Below, one piece after another: positions 49,432-55,459 of a DNA stretch of 55,459 nucleotides. Position numbers and translations under genes: made by a program. The first letter of the stretch is position 1. The number at the start of each line of letters is the position of its first letter. The stretch lies in NCBI RefSeq assembly GCF_006345805.1, contig NW_021833732.1, forward strand, positions 1 through 55,459. The letters run 5' to 3'. The notes under the pieces are model-generated. The model ran no database searches. It was not told the origin of the DNA and was given only the letters and a program-made list of their open reading frames with translations. This DNA is from Octopus sinensis. Lineage: Eukaryota.

Positions 49432-49894
49432 GGATATATTTGTGTGTGTGTGTGTTATGTATGTACGCATTGAAGAAATTTAAACTAGATATTGAAAAAA
49501 TAAAATTGTATTGGTTCGCCGTTGTCGTTGTCATTGCTGTTATTGACTGAAGGAGGTGGTGCGGCTACTAAACACACACACATATATATATTCACATAAT
49601 CATATATGTACATATACTTATATACACATATGCAAATGTGTATATATGTATAATATCCTTCTCACTATCTCTGTCTCTCCGTCGCTCGGTCTATTTCTCT
49701 CTTTCTATTTTATGTAGGTACCTTTTTTACGTGTGTATGTGTCTATATGTGTGTGTCTGTATGTATGTATGAGTATGAAAGCAGAAATGCATTTGTCTAT
49801 ATATATATACGTATGTGTATATGTATACGCTTACATGCATGTATACACACATACATAAATCTATGAACATACATATATATGCGTGTGTGTGTAT

Positions 49895-49965
<71 letters not shown>

Positions 49966-51494
49966 TGTATGTATGTATGTATATATATATATATATATAT
50001 ATACTTACTCGTGGACGCACACACATGCGTCTGTGCGCGTGTGTATATATGTTTTATTTGGTTTATTTATCCAGCGTGGACAGTCAAGAAGTGTTAAGCA
50101 GGATGAAATGCCATTTTATATAGCTGTTGTATCTGGGGAGGCTATTGATCACTTTGATATGAATACAATCTATAACAGAAAGAATATTATCATTGAGTCT
50201 TTAGGGTTTATGGCACAGCCAGTTTCTTTCTTTTGGGCTTTTTTTTTTTATTCTGTTCTTTCTTTTTCTTATTCCTTTTCAAAGAATCGAAAAATACAAA
50301 GAATTATAGATTTTCATCAGTAAGTGGAAAACAAAACAAATCCAGATTGGTTCTTGTAGAATTTTAGTGGAATCAAATTCCAGCTTGAAATTGTTTTGGA
50401 ATTGAATTCTTCAGTGATGAAGTGGGTTGTCTTATCAATAGTGACAGCATCTCATAAATATGGATTTATTCTTTTATTTATTCTGCGAGAAGGAGAAAGA
50501 AAATTCAATCAATTGCTGTAGTCGACCCACTCATATTACTGCTACTTGAATTAATTTAACAAATGAAATATCTGTGAAACGTGAACTATTGCGGAACACT
50601 TTTATGAAGTCATTCTATTTGAGAGAAAAAAAAATATCAGTGTACTGGAATTCCAGCAGAAGCTGATTCATGAAAATTGTTCCAAGAACTAACACACCTT
50701 AAACACACCTAAAAACAACCAGGAAATATTCAATGTATAGCGTATTCCTAGATAGACCGTCCCTTATTCCGATGAAATTCAGATGAGTCCAAGATATCTG
50801 AGCAACACCTTTAATTATAGGTTTGTCTATTCCATCGCGATTGACACGGGGTTAAACAACGATAACGTCTAAACACAATTCCGACCGAAATAACTGTAAT
50901 AGATACTTTAAAAAAATATTGTACAGCTGCCAGAACGTTGATGTGCGAATTCTATAGACATAATGTCTCACAAATATTGGCTTTTTTTTTATATATTTAC
51001 CAATGCACAAGACGTTAGATTCATGGAATATGCAAAGAATATATAAAATACTAATAGTTTTCTCAAAAGAATTAATCACAGAAAATTTTTATGGGTTACT
51101 CAGAAGAGAAATGGCAAGACCAATAACCTTCCACAGAACCTTCAAGACTGGTGCTGGAGAAGTGGGGGAATGGCAGATATCACAACCTACGATTTCCAGA
51201 AGAAGAATACAGCGTCTCTTATCTTCATATTGAAGAATGGGTGTGTGTATTTATAACGGAATGGTCTTCCGCTAAAGAAGCCACCAATTATCTTAGGTGG
51301 TGAACTCAAACCTGAGTAACGGATTTGATCTATCCATCTAGGAGACTATACTATAGGAACCTTCGAAGCAAGTGGTAATATTTAACTTGGGCAGTGAGTT
51401 AGATGTACCAGCCAGGGTACCAGGCCCATCGGCAGACTTTGGTGCCTGGGAGTGCTTCGGAATATCAGAATATTGTGGGTAGGAACTAATTTCT

Positions 51495-51605
51495 AATAAT
51501 AGTTTCAAATTTTGGCACAAGGCCAGCAATTTATATGGACCCCAATGTATAGCTGGTATTTATTTTATCGACCCCGAAAGGATGAAAGGCAAAGACAACC
51601 CTGGC
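51495..51605 (-). mobile_element. Deleted SINE family A, tail type 2
   Basis: TTTCAAATTTTGGCACAAGGCCAGCAAT...CCCCGAAAGGATGAAAGGCAAAG. Confidence 0.75.
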
Positions 51606-51606
51606 A

Positions 51607-51768
51607 GAGGACGTGGAACAAGTATAGTGTTATTGGACGCTCAAGAAAGGAAAGAAAGGAGGATTTAACTTTTCGAGCGGACCTCTTCGTCAGAAACAGG
51701 AAAAGGAAAGATCCAAGGAAGAGAAGACGGAGGAAAAAAAATCGCCAACGATACACACGCGGTCACAT
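51607..51768 (-). mobile_element. Solo Penelope-terminus-like element carrying a hammerhead motif
   Basis: Homologous end to end with 2787-2951 (ATGTGACC..GTGTGTA..GTTGGCGATTTTTT...TTGAGCGTCCAATAA..TTGTTC.ACGTCCTC). Confidence 0.7.
51663..51697 (-). ncRNA. Minimal type I hammerhead ribozyme motif (canonical CUGANGA/GAAA core)
   Basis: GUUU-CUGACGA-A-GAG(GUCCG)CUC-GAAA-AGUU-AAAU. Confidence 0.65.
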
Positions 51769-51780
51769 ATATATATATAT

Positions 51781-52034
51781 TATAAGCTTAAAGCTTATAA
51801 GTAATCACCGCGCAATGACTAAAGAAAATAATCTAATAATGGGGCAATATGAGCTTTCGACGGGGAAAAGAAGTACGTTTTGTTTTCGTGACAAGAATGC
51901 TACGATTACTCTAGCGCACCAACCGGCTTCATTCTTTCCGATTTAAGAACAATAATTAGTTCGTAGTGTTGTTTTTGTAAACAAACTTTCATGTGCATTT
52001 ACTGCGAAGGAAATGTCTTAAGCAGCGTCGAATT

Positions 52035-52097
<63 letters not shown>

Positions 52098-52530
52098 TAA
52101 TAATATAAGCGATCACCGAGCAAATAGTCTAATAATGGGGCATATAAGCCCTCGACAGAAAAAGTAGGTCCTCCCGTGCGAGTGGTACTCGAACCCATAA
52201 CTCTTTGTTTTAGCAACAAGACTGCTAAAACAACACTACGAACTAATTATAATTTTTCAATCTCATGGAATGCAGCCGGTTGGCGCGCTAGTGTAATGGT
52301 AACATTCTTGTCGCAAAAACAGCGAGGTGTGTGTTCGAGTCCCACGCGTACAGGAAAACCTACTTTTTTTTCCATCGAGGGCTTATATGCCCCATTACTA
52401 GACTATTTTCTTTTGTCATTGCGCGGTGATCGCTTATAAGATTTAAGCTTATAAAATACTATTATTATCATTTATACAGAATTGTAAAAATCGACACTGC
52501 TTAACAAAATCTTTCGCAGTTATATATATA
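51781..52530. mobile_element. Unit Z: rearranged element, two minus partial copies plus one plus copy forming a fold-back
   Basis: 51781-51975 and 51991-52215 are reverse complements of parts of 52223-52530; turning point TTGTTTTAGCA-acaagac-TGCTAAAACAA. Confidence 0.75.
52282..52352 (+). pseudogene. tRNA-like sequence within unit Z
   Basis: A-box TAGTGTAATGG, B-box GTTCGAGTCCC; cloverleaf with D-stem GTGT/ACAT and T-stem GTGTG/CCCAC; acceptor mismatches and no U33, so the isotype is unassignable; T8 run at 52364-52371. Confidence 0.6.
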
Positions 52531-52560
52531 CAGTAGGGGGAAATAAATATTCGTACATGT
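52531..52560 (+). mobile_element. Possible Tc1 terminal inverted repeat remnant
   Basis: TA-CAGTAGGGGGAAATAAATATTCG resembles Tc1 ends; no partner end found. Confidence 0.3.
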
Positions 52561-55403
52561 CAACATAATTTATTTAATTTCTAATGAACATAAATGTGAT
52601 ATACCAATACTATATTTGCATACACATGTATAAATTAAGGATATGCAAAAGAAACTAATAAATTATAGTAACTAAGGAAATAATTATGTGCATGTGTGTA
52701 TATATCACGTATGTATGTGTGTATGAATGTACATATGTATAAATGCACATATGTATGTTTGTATGTCTATGTAAATGTATCTACATGTGTATATATGTAT
52801 ATATGTGTTTAAGTATGAAGGTATGTATTCATGTGTATGTATGCGTATGCATGTATGTCTGCGTGTGTGGTTTCCTATATGTACATATGTATGTGTGTTT
52901 GCATGTGTGCATATATGGCTGTATGCATGCATTATGTGAGCATGTATATATGTGTGAATCTACGCAATACGTTTGTATGTATATAACTGTTCGTGTGCAT
53001 GAGTGTATTAATTGTGCGTGTATACATGTGTATGTATGTATGCATGCATGCATGTATGTATGTATGATAGAGTATGTATGTATATAAGTATGTACGTATG
53101 TACGTATGTATGTATATATGTATATTCGTATGCATGAGTGTATTAATTGTGCATGTATACATCTGTCTGTCTGTCTGTATGTATGTATGTAGGTATGTTT
53201 GTATGCATGCATGCATGTTTGTATGTATGCATGAATGTATATGTGTGTATATGTGTATGTAAGTGTGTATGTACGTATGTATGTGTGTGCCTATGTGTGT
53301 GTATGTATGTATGTATGTATGTTTGTATGTATGTATGTATGTATGCATGTATGTATGTATGTATATTCTTATATAAAACAGTAAACGCTACGTAATTTGA
53401 CAATTCATCAAAGTGAAGGAAACGAGGCAAGTCTTGCAAGATTCATTGCTTTCATTTAAAAAATATATTGACTCTACTTGGTGAATTGAGTACTTTTTCT
53501 TAACCAGTGGCATTTTTTAAGAGAAGAACATACAGTAAACTCTGTAAGTGCATATGTGAGAGTGCCTAGATTCACACACACACGCACGTGCACGCACACA
53601 TAGACACACACACGAACACACACACACACATATATATAGACTCATTCACAAATGTTTAGACACTCATACCCTTACACATACGAATGTCTGTACATGTGTG
53701 TATGTATGTGTATGCGTGTGTGTATGTGTGTGTGCGTGTGTGAGATGGAATGTCGAAATCAGCAATTCATATTCCAGTGATGTTTATTCTAGAATAATAT
53801 TTGGCCGCCATATTTCACTGTTAGTCAGCTGGTGAGAGAGCGGGAATCGTTTGAGCGTTGGCTGGATGCGACTCGTGAGTAAAAGTTTGCACAACTGAAA
53901 CAAATATATTCTGACATCATCTCACTGCATTGAACTCATGCAACACTTTGTGCAGGCGCTGCATATATTCAAACACCCCCACGTATTGTATAATATAATA
54001 TGTCTCTTTATGTCTATATAAGTCTGTATATGTATGAATATTTATATCTTTATATATGTCTTTTATGTCTATATATGTTTGTATATGTTCGTGTCTATAT
54101 GTTCTTTGTAAATCTGCACACGTCTCTATTTCTCTTTATCTCTATACACGTTTATATATGTCTATATGTCCGTGTGTCTATATGCATTTGTATATGTTTT
54201 ATAGTGCCTATATGTTCTCTGTGAATCTACATACGTCTCTATGTCTCTGTATATGATTATATATATCTATATACGTCCGTATATATTTGAACAATCAAGC
54301 AATCATGTAATCTGCTAATTCTACTGTAAAAATAAGTAGACACACACACACACACACACACACACACATTCACACACACACATCATAAGACTTTGAAAGT
54401 GTACACATCTCTTCTCATACCCACGTCCGTCCGCCGCCCCCCGGACCTAATCTTCATTCACTGTGAGAAAGTCATGGACATACACACAAATTGTGACGGT
54501 TGACTGCTTTTCAAAGATAATTGGATGACATCAATCATGGCAGCGCTTATAATATCACTTTTATTAGCTTTAATCTGAATCCCAAGGGAAAAGTTTCAAA
54601 ACCGATCTAACATTTTTAGTTTGATAGCAGTAAAGTCGAAACTAGCTATTTAACCCAATAAAATGACCATTATTTCTGTAAGGAATTATCTCTAACAAAC
54701 AAGGTTTCTGCTTAAGAATCACCAACATAACTTAATTTCGTTGTTCATTCTACTTTTCATATTCTAGATTTTTTTCTTACTCTTCTTTATGATTTTTTTT
54801 CATCTTTCATATATATATTTTTTTTTCTCTCTTGAATCTTTCGCATCGTTCGTTCTTGAACAAATATTCCAAATAATTCCTCCAGGTGAAGCTGAACTTT
54901 TAGAATCAATTACAAAAGTTTTGTTTTGCTTTTATTACTTTTTATCTTATTTTATTTCTCCTTTCGTGTGTGTGTGTGTGTGTGTGTATGTGTGTGTGTG
55001 TATGTGTGGGACTGTGTGTTTTTTTTATCCTTTCCTTTCATCTAAAGTTTCGGTATTTCACTTGGCAATGTCTGTCTTTATTTTATATTTTCACATGTTC
55101 CACATAAATATCAAAAGATTTCATAAACTTTGATTCCTCAACAAACTTCATGATTTCATGCTCGAACTTATTTGTCTTTCATTACAATAGGGATTCTCAC
55201 TGGAATTGGTAAACTTGTAGTAATCTTCAGTTCTAGAGCTTCTTTGAGCTGAAATATCTATGTCTATTATAGAGTAACGTCTTCTGCACAGGTTAAAATT
55301 GCATTGGAAACACAGTTGCTTGGTCTGCAAGAAACATTTTCGAATATAAATAAATATTTTTATTTGTTTAAACTAAAACAATATGAGTTATTAATAACAG
55401 TAC

Positions 55404-55459
55404 AAGTCGACGTTATGCTCGACTAAAGGTGGTGCTCCAGCATGGCCGCAGTCAAATGA
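55404..55459 (+). mobile_element. SINE-B/CR1-type 3' tail, cut by the window edge
   Basis: GTCGACGTTATGCTCGACTAAAGGTGGTGCTCCAGCATGGCCGCAGTCAAATGA. Confidence 0.8.

Overview
AT-rich, microsatellite-saturated eukaryotic DNA made almost entirely of repeats. The repeat families resemble those I recall from Octopus (coleoid cephalopod) genomes; this assignment is inference from recall, not a search. I cannot confidently identify any host-gene exon, and most entries in the ORF track are microsatellite artefacts. All recognisable coding remnants come from transposons: a near-intact 5'-truncated CR1-type RT (43495-45243), several R4/Dong-like RLE-LINE pieces, a maT-type (DD37D) Tc1/mariner copy, a Neptune-like Penelope GIY-YIG, and fragments of mariner, Gypsy, L2-like, Tx1-like and RTE elements. 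There are four tRNA-headed SINE families (my labels A, B, C, F), an unclassified ~550-bp retroposed unit (D), a Helitron-type non-autonomous element and several fold-backs. Highlights: (1) three minimal hammerhead ribozyme motifs with compensatory stems, one attached to a Penelope and two in solo ~200-bp elements; (2) a (TAA)n array holding four strand-consistent retro-insertions, including unit D, a possible Dong-mobilised partner; (3) a CR1 LINE and SINE-B that share a 3' tail with a covarying hairpin; (4) a head-to-head SINE-A fold-back whose 153-bp junction recurs 13.9 kb away; (5) a fold-back element carrying a tRNA-like gene with its flanks and a T-run; (6) a GC-rich, TSD-flanked retro-insert of unknown origin. 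All alignments and counts were made by eye.
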